The position numbers and the translations under genes are program-made. Below the pieces are notes generated by a model, which saw only the letters and a program-made list of their open reading frames with translations, was not told the origin of the DNA and did no database searches. From positions 1-64,000 of the forward strand of contig CAWAWS010000003.1 of assembly GCA_963785725.1 (NCBI GenBank): a DNA stretch of 64,000 bases. Reading direction: 5' to 3'. This DNA comes from an uncultured delta proteobacterium (GTDB taxonomy: Bacteria; Myxococcota_A; Polyangia; Palsa-1104). Positions within the stretch are counted from its first letter, which is position 1. Every line of letters begins with the position of its first letter. Below, piece by piece: positions 16,501 to 27,275 of the stretch.

Positions 16501-16659
16501 CCGGCGGCGTTGGCGCGCGGCATCGGCTCCGACGTGCAGCGCCCGCTGGCGACGGTCGTCGTCGGCGGTCTCATCTCGGCGACCATCCTGACCTTGCTGG
16601 TGTTGCCGCCGTTCTATCTCGTCATCGAGCAGCGGTTCGCCAAGGATCACGAAGCGTGA
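13563..16659 (+). CDS. czcA: Heavy-metal efflux RND transporter, CzcA/CusA family (many indels)
   Basis: 'LEAYPDIAD', 'EEIEEQVTIPLERELNG', 'ANLLSLGAIDFGIIVDGAIVMLEN' (CzcA-type acidic TM4), 'GFIALFGVAVQNG', 'RLRPVLMTA', 'GSDVQRPLATVVVGG'. Confidence 0.85.
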
Positions 16660-17964
16660 AGCGCACCGCCCTCCTCGTCATTCTCGCGTGGGCCGGCGTC
16701 GCGCTGGCCGATGGCGCGCCGGCGCCGTCGCGCCTCGGCTTCGGCGATTACTTGGCCGCCGTCGGGCGCGGCAACCTCGATCTCGCGGCGCAAAAAGCCG
16801 GCGTCTCGGCCACCGAAGCGCAGATCGCCGTCGCGCGCGTCTTTCCCGATCCGCAGCTGACGGTCGGCGTCGCCGCGGTCGACATCTCCGGCACGCACAC
16901 GCCGACGGTGAGCGAGCTGTCGGTGCAAGAGACGATCGAGCTCGGTGGCAAGCGCGGCGCGCGCGTCGCCGCCGCCAGCCACGACTTGTCGAGCGCGCAG
17001 GCCGGGCTCGACGACTTCTTGCGCACGCTGCGCGGCGACGCCAGCGACGCTTACATCGACGCCGTCGCCAAGCGCATGGTGCTCGAGCGCAAGCGCGTCA
17101 CCGCCGCCAGCTTGCAGCGACTCGTCGACGTGAACCAAGAGCGCTTGCGCGCCGGCGACATCGGCGAGATCGCGCTCGTGCAGTCGCGCGTCGAGGCCGG
17201 CAAGTCGCGCGGCGAGGTGTTGGCCGCGACGACCGACATGCAGCAGGCCAACCTGACGCTGGCGCTCAAGCTCGGCCAAATGCGCGGCGGCACGACGGCG
17301 GTCGAGCCGGCCGGCGAGCTGCACATCGCCATTCGCACGTTCGATCTCGAGCCGCTCATCGCCAAGGCGCGCGAAAGTCGCGCCGACGTGCGCGCCAAGC
17401 GCTTCGCCCTGTCGGCGGCCAAAGCGCGCGTGACGCTCGCCCACGCCAACCGCTGGATCGATCTGACCGTCGACGTCGGCTGGCAGCACAGCTTCGCGAC
17501 GCACGGCGGCGGGATCGAACGGGGATGAGACGAATGCGCAGCACGCCGTCGGCCAGCAGTTCGGCTTCGACACGTTGGGCGCGTCATTGAGCGTGCCGCT
17601 GCCGTTTTCGCACGTCTACAAAGGCGAGCTGACGGCGGCGTCCTTCAACCAGACCGTCGCCGAATGGCAGCTGCGCGGCGCCGAGCTCAAAGTGGAGGTC
17701 GAGCTGCGCCAAGCCTGGTCCAAATACGCCACCGCCGTCGAGCGCCTCAAGCTCTACGACTCGGGCCTATTGAAGGACGCCGATCGCGTGCTGGAGGCGA
17801 AATTGTACGAGTATCAACGCGGTGGCGCGCCCCTCTTGGAAGTCCTCGAGGCGCAGCGCACCGTCAACGACGTCTATCTCGACTACATCGACGCGCTGGC
17901 CGAGCATGCGCACGCGCTCGTCGCGATCGAGCTGGCCGCGGGAATCTGGGACGTGCAGCTATGA
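16656..17964 (+). CDS. TolC/CzcC-family outer-membrane efflux protein (frameshift near 17520)
   Basis: Signal peptide; 'QETIELGGKRGARV'; 'LSVPLP'; 'YQRGGAPLLEVLEAQRT'; third gene of the RND operon. Confidence 0.85.
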
Positions 17965-19355
17965 ACGAGCTGTTGACGAAGAGCGCTCTGGAACAGGCGG
18001 CGCTGATTGCAAAGGGTGAGCTGTCGTCGGAGGAGCTGACGCGGCTGTATCTCGATCGCATCGCGCGGCTCGATCCGGCGCTGCACGCGTTCACTGACGT
18101 CTTTCGCCGCCGCGCGCTCGTCATGGCGCGCGTCAAGGACGCCCACCGCCGCGTGCGTCGCGCGCCGCCGCCGCCGTTCGACGGCGTGCCCATCGGCATC
18201 AAGGACCTGAACTTCGTGCGCGGCGCGCCGACGCGTTGGGGCTCGACCGCCGTGCCCCATTTGACGTTGCCGTTCGACGACCACAACGTGGCGCAGCTGC
18301 GTCGCGGCGGCTTCGTCATCGTCGGCAAGCTGGCGACGTCGGAGCTGGGCGCGATGCCGGTGACCGAGACCGAGCTTGGGCCGCCGACGCGCAACCCGTG
18401 GGATCGCGCGCGCTCGTCGGGCGGCTCGTCGGGCGGCTCGGGCGCGGCGCTGGCGGCCAACCTCCTGCCGATCGCGCACGGCTCGGATGGCGCCGGCTCG
18501 ATCCGCATTCCGGCGGCGTTCTGCCACCTGTTCGGGTTCAAGCCGTCGCGCGGTCGCGTGCGCAATCAGTTCGGCATGAAAGATCGCCACATCCTCTATA
18601 CGTCGGGACCGCTGGCGCACACGGTCGACGACGCGGCGGTGATGCTCGACGTCCTCGCCGGAATCGTCGACGGCAAGCCGCACTGGGCGCCACCGCCGCC
18701 GCGACCGTTCGCGGAGATGGCGCGCCAAAAACCGCGCCGCCTCAAGATCCGCATGTGCGTAAAGTCGCCGCTCGGCGACGTGCATCCCGAGATCGCCGCG
18801 GCGGTCATCGCCGCGGGCAAGACGCTGAGCGCGCTCGGCCATGACGTCATCGAGAGCGCGCTGCCCGACGGCACGCTCGAGGAGTTCCTGCCGCTGTGGC
18901 AGCTGCAGATCGCGCAGATGCCGGTGTTGCCGTGGAAGAAGCGGCAGCTGCAGCCGATCACGCGCTGGCTGGCCGACGCCGGCAAGCTCTTGCGCCACGA
19001 AGACGTGCTGGCCCGGCAGCTCGCCATCGCCGCGCGGCTGCAGACGGCGCTCGACGCCGCCGACGTGTGGCTGACGCCGACGGTGTCGCAGCCGGCGCCG
19101 CGCGTAGGCGCGTTCGCGGCGCTGCCGCCGGCCGAGGCGTTCGCGGCCGCCGCGCAGATCGGCGCCTTCACCGCCGCCTTCAACGTCACCGGCGCGCCCG
19201 CGGCCAGCTTGCCGCTCGGCCTCACCAGCGACGGCCTGCCCATCGGCGTGCAGCTCGGCGGCCGCCTCTTCGCCGACGGCGAGCTCCTCGGCCTGTGCCG
19301 CGAAGTCGAAGACGCGCTGCCCTGGCGCCAGCGCCACGCCCCCGACATCAGCTAA
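17961..19355 (+). CDS. Amidase-signature family enzyme
   Basis: 'GVPIGIKDL', 'TRNPWDRARSSGGSSGGSGAA', 'GSDGAGSIRIPAAFCHLFGFKPSRGR'; ATG at 17961 overlaps the TolC stop (ATGA). Confidence 0.9.
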   Translation: MNELLTKSALEQAALIAKGELSSEELTRLYLDRIARLDPALHAFTDVFRRRALVMARVKDAHRRVRRAPPPPFDGVPIGIKDLNFVRGAPTRWGSTAVPHLTLPFDDHNVAQLRRGGFVIVGKLATSELGAMPVTETELGPPTRNPWDRARSSGGSSGGSGAALAANLLPIAHGSDGAGSIRIPAAFCHLFGFKPSRGRVRNQFGMKDRHILYTSGPLAHTVDDAAVMLDVLAGIVDGKPHWAPPPPRPFAEMARQKPRRLKIRMCVKSPLGDVHPEIAAAVIAAGKTLSALGHDVIESALPDGTLEEFLPLWQLQIAQMPVLPWKKRQLQPITRWLADAGKLLRHEDVLARQLAIAARLQTALDAADVWLTPTVSQPAPRVGAFAALPPAEAFAAAAQIGAFTAAFNVTGAPAASLPLGLTSDGLPIGVQLGGRLFADGELLGLCREVEDALPWRQRHAPDIS

Positions 19356-19514
19356 ACCATGCTCGTGCCCTCCTTGTCTTCCGCGTGTCTCGCAATCTAG
19401 GCGACACGGCTAAAGCGCTCCGTTTACGAACCCGTTTACGACTTTTGAGAAGCGAAGTTCCTTAGTCGACCGCGTCGGCTACGGGATTCTCCGTATTTGC
19501 GTCGACTGCCACCG

Positions 19515-19530
19515 CGGCACGCTCGCTGCT
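19515..19530 (+). promoter_or_regulatory. Sigma54-type -24/-12 promoter candidate
   Basis: CGGCACGCTCGCTGCT with GG at 19516-17 and GC at 19528-29, exactly 10 nt apart; AGGAGG RBS follows before ATG 19563. Confidence 0.6.
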
Positions 19531-19562
19531 TAAGCAAGCGGTCACAAGGAGGCTCGAAACCG

Positions 19563-19712
19563 ATGCTCTGGACGATTGCCATGATCTTGCTGGTCTTGTG
19601 GGTGCTTGGACTGGTGACGGCGCACGCGATGGGCGGCTTCATTCACATCCTGCTCGTGTTCGCGCTCGTGGCGATTTTGGTGCGCGTCATCCAGGGTCGC
19701 TCGGTTCTCTGA
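19563..19712 (+). CDS. Small membrane protein, lmo0937/DUF5670-like
   Basis: 'MLWTIAMILLVLWVLGLVTAHAMGGFIHILLVFALVAILVRVIQGR', with AGGAGG RBS. Confidence 0.85.
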   Translation: MLWTIAMILLVLWVLGLVTAHAMGGFIHILLVFALVAILVRVIQGRSVL

Positions 19713-19722
19713 GACTATAAAA

Positions 19723-19938
19723 ATGGGCGAAATCATCGATAAGCTGAAGGGCAAGCTGAAAGAGGCCGAAGGCGCGATCACGAACGATCCCGTGCGCAAG
19801 GCCGAAGGTCAGCTCGACCAGCTCAAAGGCAGCGTCAAAGGCGCCTTCGAAGAGGTCAAGCACGAGGTCAAGAAGGCGCTGCATCGCAACCCACAGGTCA
19901 CCGTCGACGACGGCGCCGACGTGAGCGTGAAGCGATGA
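19723..19938 (+). CDS. CsbD-family stress protein
   Basis: 'DKLKGKLKEAEGAITNDPVRKAEGQLDQLKGSVK'. Confidence 0.8.
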   Translation: MGEIIDKLKGKLKEAEGAITNDPVRKAEGQLDQLKGSVKGAFEEVKHEVKKALHRNPQVTVDDGADVSVKR

Positions 19939-20135
19939 GCCGGCTCGGCATCTTGATGGCGGCGCTGGGCTTGGCGTCGCTCGTGGGCTGCGCGCACGTC
20001 GATCAGCAGCGCGCCGACTATCACGAACGCAAAGCGGAGCGCGCCGCCGACCACGGCCACTTCATCAAAGCGGCGCACGAAGAGCACAAGGCCAACGAGG
20101 CCGAGCACGACGCCGAGCACGATCCGCTGCCGTAA
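19935..20135 (+). CDS. Small His/Glu-rich lipoprotein
   Basis: Lipobox 'SLVGC'; ATG overlaps the csbD stop. Confidence 0.6.
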   Translation: MSRLGILMAALGLASLVGCAHVDQQRADYHERKAERAADHGHFIKAAHEEHKANEAEHDAEHDPLP

Positions 20136-20589
20136 CGAGCGGCCAGACACAGCGAGCCGCGCGTGCGAGTCCCCGCGCGCGGCCTCGCGTCACTCACGAT
20201 TGGCAACTCGCTCCAAGCACGCTCGCGCAGCGCCCCGAAACGACAACTTCACCCGCGCACATTTCGCCCGCCGCACGTCGCTGACGCGGCAACGGCGCGA
20301 ACGGCGCGATTCGCTACGGCCTGCAGTCGTCGGCTGCGCGATCGGCCACGCGATCACGCGACGCTCGCGTGCGCAACGTGAGGATTTCACAAACAGCTAG
20401 GCCTTTGAACGACAGCGGCAAATTGCCTCGTCATTGCGGCAAAAGGCGACGGTGTCAAAAGACATCACCGACCGCTACCGATCGTTTGCACCGTCGGGGA
20501 TCGTCTTAGTTTCACTTGGTTGCAAGCCGTGTGACGTCGCGCCGTAACGGCCGCGCCAACGGCTTGACGGTTGCTTGCCTATAGACCTC

Positions 20590-22098
20590 ATGAGCTCGAT
20601 TCGCTTCGTCATAGGCACGGCCGTGTTGTGCTTGTCAGTCATGGGTTGTGGCAGCTCCGGCATCCATCACGGCGCCGGCGGTGGCGGCTCCGGTGGTGGA
20701 ACCGGCGGAACCGGTGGCACTGGTGGAACCGGCGGAACCGGTGGCACCGGCGGAACCGGTGGCACCGGCGGCGGTATGGCGCCGCCTCCGACATGTATCG
20801 AGACGACCAGCCCGCCGACCTGTCAAGTCAGCTGCGCCAGCACGCCGACGACGATCACGGGCACGGTTTACGCGCCCAACGGCACGCTGCCGCTCTACAA
20901 CGCCATCGTCTACATCCCGAGCCAGACGCCGGGCGCCTTCACGAGCGGCGTGACCTGCGACGCCTGCGACGGCCAAGTCTCTGGCGCGCCCATCGTGACG
21001 GCGCTGACCGGCCCCGACGGCACCTTCTCGCTGGCGAACGTTCCGCCGGGCAACAACATCCCGCTCGTCGTTCAGCTCGGCAAGTGGCGCGTGCAGACGA
21101 CGATCCCGAGCGTCGCGTCGTGCGCGTCGACGGCGGTCGACAAGAGCTTGACCACGCTGCCGGCGAACTCGTCGCAGGGTGACATGCCGAAGATGGCGAT
21201 CGCGACCGGCTCGGCCGATCCGTTCGAGTGCTTGCTCCTCAAGATCGGCATCGATCCGGCGGAGATTCAGCCCGACTCGGCCAACAAGCGCATCTCGTTC
21301 TTCACCGGCGCGCACTCGCCGGGCACGACGATGAACGGCGCCGGCGACGGCACGACGCTCTATCCCAGCCTCGCGAAGCTCATGACCTACGACATCGTCA
21401 TGTTGCCCTGCGAAGGCGGCGAGTTCGACCAGAGCACCGACGGCAACGACAACCCGCTGGCGACCGATCCGCGCGGCCTCATCGCGCAGTACGTCAACAT
21501 GGGTGGTCGCCTCTTCTCGACGCACTTCAGCTACGACTGGCTGACGTACACCGGCAGCCCGTTCAACGCCATCTCGCAGCCGCTCACCAACGGGCTGTGG
21601 GACAAGAACCAGACCGACTATCCGCCGAGCGACACGACGGTGACGACGGCGCAGCTGGTGACGACGTTCCCGAAGGGCCTCGCGTTCGCGCAGTGGCTCA
21701 TCGCGGCCGGCGCGCAGTCGGCGATGAACACGCTCAACATCCTCGCCATTCGCCACGACATCGACGGCGTCGACCCGGCGCTCGGCACCGTGTGGGCGAC
21801 CGACACCATGCCGGCCAAGAAGGGCGGCACGGGCGCCGCCGGCATCGCGCACCTCACGTTCAACACGCCGCTCGACCCGGCCAGCACCATCGACAACCCG
21901 GGCCTCTACTGCGGTCGCGTCGTCTTCAGCGACTTCCACGTCGCGTCCGACGAAGTTTCGCTGTTGGACAACACGTTCCCGGGCGCTTGCGTCGCCGGCG
22001 CGCTCACCGACCAAGAGAAGGCGCTCGCCTTCATGCTCTTCGATCTGTCGTCCTGCGTTCAGCCGGACGGCCAGCCGCCGGTCATTCCGATCACGTAA
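20590..22098 (+). CDS. Secreted lipoprotein with a GGT linker, a carboxypeptidase-regulatory-like domain and a conserved myxobacterial C-terminal domain
   Basis: Lipobox 'SVMGC'; (GGT)n; 'ITGTVYAPNGTLPLYNAIVY'; 'LVVQLGKWR'; 'CGRVVFSDFHV...LTDQEKALAFMLFDLSSC'. Confidence 0.75.
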   Translation: MSSIRFVIGTAVLCLSVMGCGSSGIHHGAGGGGSGGGTGGTGGTGGTGGTGGTGGTGGTGGGMAPPPTCIETTSPPTCQVSCASTPTTITGTVYAPNGTLPLYNAIVYIPSQTPGAFTSGVTCDACDGQVSGAPIVTALTGPDGTFSLANVPPGNNIPLVVQLGKWRVQTTIPSVASCASTAVDKSLTTLPANSSQGDMPKMAIATGSADPFECLLLKIGIDPAEIQPDSANKRISFFTGAHSPGTTMNGAGDGTTLYPSLAKLMTYDIVMLPCEGGEFDQSTDGNDNPLATDPRGLIAQYVNMGGRLFSTHFSYDWLTYTGSPFNAISQPLTNGLWDKNQTDYPPSDTTVTTAQLVTTFPKGLAFAQWLIAAGAQSAMNTLNILAIRHDIDGVDPALGTVWATDTMPAKKGGTGAAGIAHLTFNTPLDPASTIDNPGLYCGRVVFSDFHVASDEVSLLDNTFPGACVAGALTDQEKALAFMLFDLSSCVQPDGQPPVIPIT

Positions 22099-22304
22099 TC
22101 CGCACGCGCGGCCGCCTCGCCGGCCGCGCGACTTACTTCCCCACTCTCTCGCCGCCGCACCTAGAATTCGTAAACGTGCCGTTGTCATCCGCGACCCGGC
22201 ACCTCGCCCCATCACACGAGGGACCTTACAAATTCTCAATACTTACGACCTTGGTCGTTTGGATCCTCATTTGCTCAAGCGGGTGTCTCACGAAGGAGGC
22301 ACTC

Positions 22305-24629
22305 ATGAGGACCCGGGAGTTGCACAGAAGCACCTCGTTCTTGGCGCTCATTGCGCTGGCGAGCGGCTGCGCGGGCGGCATTGGAACCGATCCCAGCGGC
22401 AACTCCAGCGAGTCGTCGGTCCCCGTGGGCGCCGTCTACGAGCTGGTGCGTCAGGGCAGCGCCAAGTGCCTCGACATCGCCGCCGCCGGCACCAGCGACG
22501 GCACGAAGATCCAGCAGTACACGTGCAATCAGTCGGGCGCGCAGCAGTTCCGCGTCGACGACTTGGGCGGCGGCAAAGTGCGGCTGGTGAACCCGACGTC
22601 GAACAAGTGCGTCGACGTCGCCTCGGCCGGCACCGCCAACGGCACGCCAGTGCAGCTGTGGGACTGCAACGGCACCGGCGCGCAGTCCTACACGATCGAA
22701 GACATGGGCAACGGCTATCAGCGCCTGCGCAACAGCAACTCCAACCGCTGCATCGACGTGGCCGCGGCCTCGACCGCCGATAGCGCCACCGTCCAGATTT
22801 ACGACTGCAACGGCACCGCGGCGCAGAACTGGCAGTTCGTCACCGTCGGCGGCGGCACGGCCGGCGGCGGCGGAACCGCGGGCGGCGGCGGCGCTGCCGG
22901 CGGCGGCGACGGCCGGCGGCACCGGCACGACCAACTGCGCGCCGAGCTGGACCGTCACCAGCACCTGCGGCGGACCGGTCAGCGACACGCCGCCCAACTT
23001 CGGCGCCAACGTGCTCATCTTCGACCCGACGATGTCGTCGTCGTCGATCCAGAGCCAGCTCGACAGCGTCTACGGCAAGCAGGACGCGGCGCAGTTCGGC
23101 ACCGGCCGCTATGCCTACTTCTTCAAGCCCGGCAGCTACAGCAATGACGTCAAGATCGGCTTCTACACGCAGGCGATCGGCCTCGGTCAGTCGCCCGACA
23201 ACGTCACCATCACCGGCGCCGTGCGCGCCAAGGCCGATTGGCTGCCGCCCGAGAACGCGACGTGCAACTTCTGGCGCGGCGCCGAGAACATCGCCGTCTC
23301 GCCGACGTCGGCCATCGACGGCGGCACCGACATTTGGGCCATCTCGCAAGGCACGCATCTGCGCCGCATGCACATCAAGGGCAACATCAACCTCGACGAC
23401 GGCGGCTGGTCGTCGGGCGGCTTCATGGCCGACTCGCTCATCGACGGCACCATCAACTCCGGCTCGCAGCAGCAGTTCATCACGCGCAACAACGATCAGA
23501 ACTGGGCCGGCGGCAGCTGGAACATGGTCTTCGTCGGCGACGGCAACGCGCCCGGCTCGAGCTGGCCGAACAACCCGTACTCGGTCGTCGCCCAGACGCC
23601 GGTCGTACGCGAGAAGCCGTTCCTCTACAACGACGCCGCCGGCCACTACCTCATCATGGTGCCGAATCTGAAGAGCAACAGCGCCGGGCACAGCTGGGCC
23701 AGCGGCGCGGCGCCGGGCTCTCCTCTGGCGATCGATCGCTTCTACATTTCCAAGCCGGGCGACTCGGCGGCGACGATCAACGCGCAGCTGTCGGCGGGCA
23801 AGCACATCCTGTTCACGCCTGGCATCTATCACCTCGAAGCCAGCTTGCAGGTCAATAACGCGGGCACGATCCTGATGGGCCTCGGCTTGGCGACGCTGAT
23901 TCCGACGACGGCGACGCCGGTCGTGACCGTGGCCGACGTCGACAACGTGACCGTGGCCGGCCTGCTGCTGGAAGCCGGTCCGCAGAACTCGCCGACGCTG
24001 TTGCAGCTCGGGCCGACGGGCAGCTCGAAGGATCACTCGGCGGCGCCGACGGCGCTGTTCGACGTGCACTGCCGCATCGGCGGCGCCGACGTCGGCCTGG
24101 CCGCGTCGTGCGTCATCGTCAACAGCAACAACGTGCTCATCGACAACATCTGGTTGTGGCGCGCCGATCACGGCCAGGGCAACGGCACCGCCGGCTGGAC
24201 CCAGAATCCGAGCAACAACGGCATCATCGTCAACGGCAACAACGTCACCGCGTACGGCCTGTTCGTCGAGCACTTCCAGCAGTAGGCAGACGCTGTGGAA
24301 CGGCAACGGCGGCTCGGTCTACTTCTACCAGTCGGAGATGCCGTACGATCCGCCGAATCAGGCGTCGTGGACGGACTCGAACGGCCACTGGGGTTAGGCG
24401 TCGTACAAAGTCGGCCGCCAACGTCACGTCGCACAAGGGCCTCGGCATCGGCGTCTACAGCGTGTTCACCAACGACGTCGTGGCCGAGAACGGCATGGAG
24501 ACGCCCGCGAACGTGACGATGAACCACTTGGTGACGATCTCGCTCGCCAACGGCGAAATTCAGCACGTCATCAACGACACGTTCGGCCCCGTCGGCAACG
24601 GCACCCAAAAATCGCAGAGCACTTACTAG
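22305..24629 (+). CDS. Lipoprotein with a ricin-B (CBM13-like) lectin domain and a GH55-like beta-1,3-glucanase domain (indels near 22910, 24285, 24390)
   Basis: AAGGAGG RBS; lipobox 'LASGC'; three KCLD/CVD..QxxxC repeats; 'QFGTGRYAYFFKPGSY', 'NATCNFWRGAEN', 'GWSSGGFMADS', 'SGSQQQFITRN', 'WLWRADHG', 'YGLFVEHFQ', resembling actinobacterial GH55 laminarinases. Confidence 0.8.
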
Positions 24630-24638
24630 TCGCTAAGG

Positions 24639-24675
24639 GCCTTCGCCGGCGCACCAAGCCGGCGGAGGCTTCTTC
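24639..24675 (+). terminator. Intrinsic terminator candidate after the glucanase
   Basis: GCCTTCGCCGGC-gcaccaa-GCCGGCGGAGGC stem followed by TTCTTC. Confidence 0.55.
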
Positions 24676-24676
24676 A

Positions 24677-27214
24677 TTGACCGCGAGCAGCGTCACCCCA
24701 CAAACTCCACCCGTGGCGACGATGTCGGGTGAGGCAACGAGCTGGTTGGAGTTTCTCTCCGAGGCCTCGCAGCATCTCGGCGCATCGCTCGATTACAACG
24801 TCACCCTCGACAGCTTGGCGCGCCTGACGGTGCCGCGGCTGGCCGATTGGTGCGACATCCAAATGCTCGACGACGCCGGCATCTTGAAGCGCGTGAGCAT
24901 GATTCACCGCAATCCGGCGCTGGTCGCGCTGGCCGAGGACTACTCGCGGCGCTATCCCTACGAAGCGCACTCGGGACAAGGCGTGCCGCAGCCGCTCATC
25001 GCCGGCGCCATGCTGTTTCCCCACGTCACCGACGAGATCTTGCAAGGCTATGCGCGGCGGCCGGAGGAGCTCGAGATCCTGCGTCAGTTCGGCTGCCGCT
25101 CGATCATGCTCTTGCCGCTGACGGCGCGGCAGCGACGGCTCGGCCTCATGGTGCTGGCGTCGTCCGAGTCGGGCCGCACCTACGACGCCGACGACTTGCG
25201 GCTGGCCGAGGAGCTGGCGGCGCGGGCGTCGTTGGCCGTCGACAACGCGCGGCTGTACGCGGCCGAGCAGCAGGCGCGCGCCTTGGCCGAGGAGGCGCTG
25301 CGCGCGCGCATCGCCAGCGAGCGGCAGCTGCACGCGATCCTCGATCATTCGCCGGCGATGATCTACGTCAGCGATCGGCAAGGCCGGCTCGTGATGGTCA
25401 ACCGCGAGTACGAGCGGCGCAGCAATCGCACGGCGGCCGAGCTCATCGGGCGCACCGTGGCCGAGATCTTGCCGAAGGATCAGGCCGACCTGCTGCGGGC
25501 GTACGACGAGCGCGTCATCGCGCAGAACCAGGCGGTGCAGTTCGAGGTCGACGTCGGCAGCGAGAAGCCGCTGGCCTACTTCTCGCTCAAGTTCCCGCTC
25601 ACCGACAGCGACGGCAACGTGACCGGGCTGTGCGGCATCGCCACCGACATCAGCGCGCGCAAAGAGGCCGAAGAGGCGCTCAGGCTGTCGCAAGATCGCT
25701 TCGAGAAGGTCTTCCGCGCGGCCACGATCGCCATCACGATCACGCGCCAGAGCGACGGCCATATCATCGACGCCAACCCCGCCGCCGAAGCGCTGTCCGG
25801 CTACCCGCTCAGCGAAATGCTGGGCAAGACGACGACCGAGCTCGGCTGGTGGGCCGACGAGGACGGGCGCGATCGCGCTTTTTCGGCCTTGCGCTCGAAC
25901 GGCAGCCGCAACTTCGAAGCGCGGCTGCGCGATCGCCAAGGCAAGCTGCACGACGTGCTGATGACGCTCGAGGTCATCGAGCTGGCCGGGCAGAGCTGCT
26001 ATGTCTCGCTGGCGCAGGAAGTGACGGAGCTCAAGCACCTCAATCTGCGGCTCGAGCGCGTGCACAAGATGGAGGCGCTGGGGCGTTTGGCGGGCGGCAT
26101 CGCGCACGACTTCAACAACATCTTGACCGCCATCAACGGCTACAGCCGCCTCGTGCTCGACGCGGCGCCGCCGGGCTCGCCGATTCATGCGAGCGCGATT
26201 CACATCGAGCGGGCGGCGGCGCGCGCGGCCGGCCTCACGCAGCAGCTGCTGGTGTTCGGCCGCCAGCAAGTGCAAGAGCGCGCTGTCGTCGACCTCAACG
26301 CGGCCGTGCGCAACCTGTTGGCGATGTTGCGCCGGCTCATCGACGAGGACGTCAAGCTGGAGACGACGCTCGACCACGACGCGGGCGCGGTCGAGATCGA
26401 TCCGGCGCAGCTCGAGCAGGTCATCTTGAACCTGACGTTGAACGCGCGCGACGCCATGCCCAACGGCGGCCGGCTGCGGATCGCCACGGCCGCGACCGGC
26501 TCTCCCGGAGATGACGGCGACGCCATGGTGCGGCTGACCGTCGAAGACGACGGCGAAGGCATCGACGAGGAGACGCGCACGCGCATCTTCGAGCCGTTCT
26601 TCACGACCAAGGACGTCGGCAAAGGCACCGGCCTCGGCTTGGCGACGGTCTACGGCATCGTCACGCAGCTCGGCGGGCGCATCGCCGTCAGCTCGGAGCC
26701 AGGCTCGGGCGCGCGCTTCGACGTCTTCTTGCCGCGCTCGTTGCGCTCGCCGACGACCGGTCCGCCGACGGGCGACGCCGGCTTGCCGCGCGGCTCGGGC
26801 CAGACGCTGCTCGTCGTCGAGGATGACGAGTCGGTGTGCGAGTTCGTCTGCTTGGTCCTGCGCGGCGCCGGCTACGTCATCCTCGCCGCCGGCGACGGCG
26901 ACGAGGCGCTGCGCGTCGGCGCGGCGCACGGCGGCCACATCGATCTGCTGCTCACCGACATCGTCATGCCCAATCGCAACGGCCGTTCGCTCGCCGAGGA
27001 GCTGCGCGCGCGCCATCCCGGCTTGCGCGTCATGTATATGTCAGGTTATCCCGGCGACACGCTGCAGCGTTACGACGGCATCCCTGCCGGCGACGCCTTC
27101 TTGCAAAAGCCGTTTACGCGCGAGGAGCTGTTCCACAAAGTCGCCGACGTCTTGCGGCCGCGTCCGGCCGCGTCGCCGTCGCTCGACGAGCCCGAAGAGG
27201 CGATGGAAGACTGA
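24677..27214 (+). CDS. Hybrid sensor kinase GAF-PAS-PAS-HisKA-HATPase-REC (true start may be ATG 24722)
   Basis: GAF '[13 protein letters not shown]...AVDNARLY'; two PAS domains; '[16 protein letters not shown]'; '[18 protein letters not shown]'; REC 'LLLTDIVMP'. Confidence 0.9.
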   Translation: MTASSVTPQTPPVATMSGEATSWLEFLSEASQHLGASLDYNVTLDSLARLTVPRLADWCDIQMLDDAGILKRVSMIHRNPALVALAEDYSRRYPYEAHSGQGVPQPLIAGAMLFPHVTDEILQGYARRPEELEILRQFGCRSIMLLPLTARQRRLGLMVLASSESGRTYDADDLRLAEELAARASLAVDNARLYAAEQQARALAEEALRARIASERQLHAILDHSPAMIYVSDRQGRLVMVNREYERRSNRTAAELIGRTVAEILPKDQADLLRAYDERVIAQNQAVQFEVDVGSEKPLAYFSLKFPLTDSDGNVTGLCGIATDISARKEAEEALRLSQDRFEKVFRAATIAITITRQSDGHIIDANPAAEALSGYPLSEMLGKTTTELGWWADEDGRDRAFSALRSNGSRNFEARLRDRQGKLHDVLMTLEVIELAGQSCYVSLAQEVTELKHLNLRLERVHKMEALGRLAGGIAHDFNNILTAINGYSRLVLDAAPPGSPIHASAIHIERAAARAAGLTQQLLVFGRQQVQERAVVDLNAAVRNLLAMLRRLIDEDVKLETTLDHDAGAVEIDPAQLEQVILNLTLNARDAMPNGGRLRIATAATGSPGDDGDAMVRLTVEDDGEGIDEETRTRIFEPFFTTKDVGKGTGLGLATVYGIVTQLGGRIAVSSEPGSGARFDVFLPRSLRSPTTGPPTGDAGLPRGSGQTLLVVEDDESVCEFVCLVLRGAGYVILAAGDGDEALRVGAAHGGHIDLLLTDIVMPNRNGRSLAEELRARHPGLRVMYMSGYPGDTLQRYDGIPAGDAFLQKPFTREELFHKVADVLRPRPAASPSLDEPEEAMED

Positions 27215-27275
27215 CGAAGACCGGCGTCGTCGGCGCAGACGCGGCCCGGCAGCCGGCGGCGAACGCTGAGCGCGA

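Noticed and set aside
20411..20482. Possible c-di-GMP-I (GEMM) riboswitch: GGCAAA...GGCAAAAG...GCTACCGA
   Set aside because: No GNRA-capped P2 stem and no tetraloop receptor; the same bases are better explained as copies of the TGCGRCA palindrome. An Infernal search against the Rfam c-di-GMP-I model would settle it.
20680..20775. 9-bp tandem repeats (also Gly-rich repeats near 22850, 31580-31670, 34540 and 36410-36770)
   Set aside because: They encode Gly/Thr/Ser linkers inside secreted proteins and are not independent elements
24283..24285. TAG read-through (pyrrolysine) in the glucanase
   Set aside because: The conserved continuation 'QTLWNG' is in another frame, so this is an indel, not an in-frame stop
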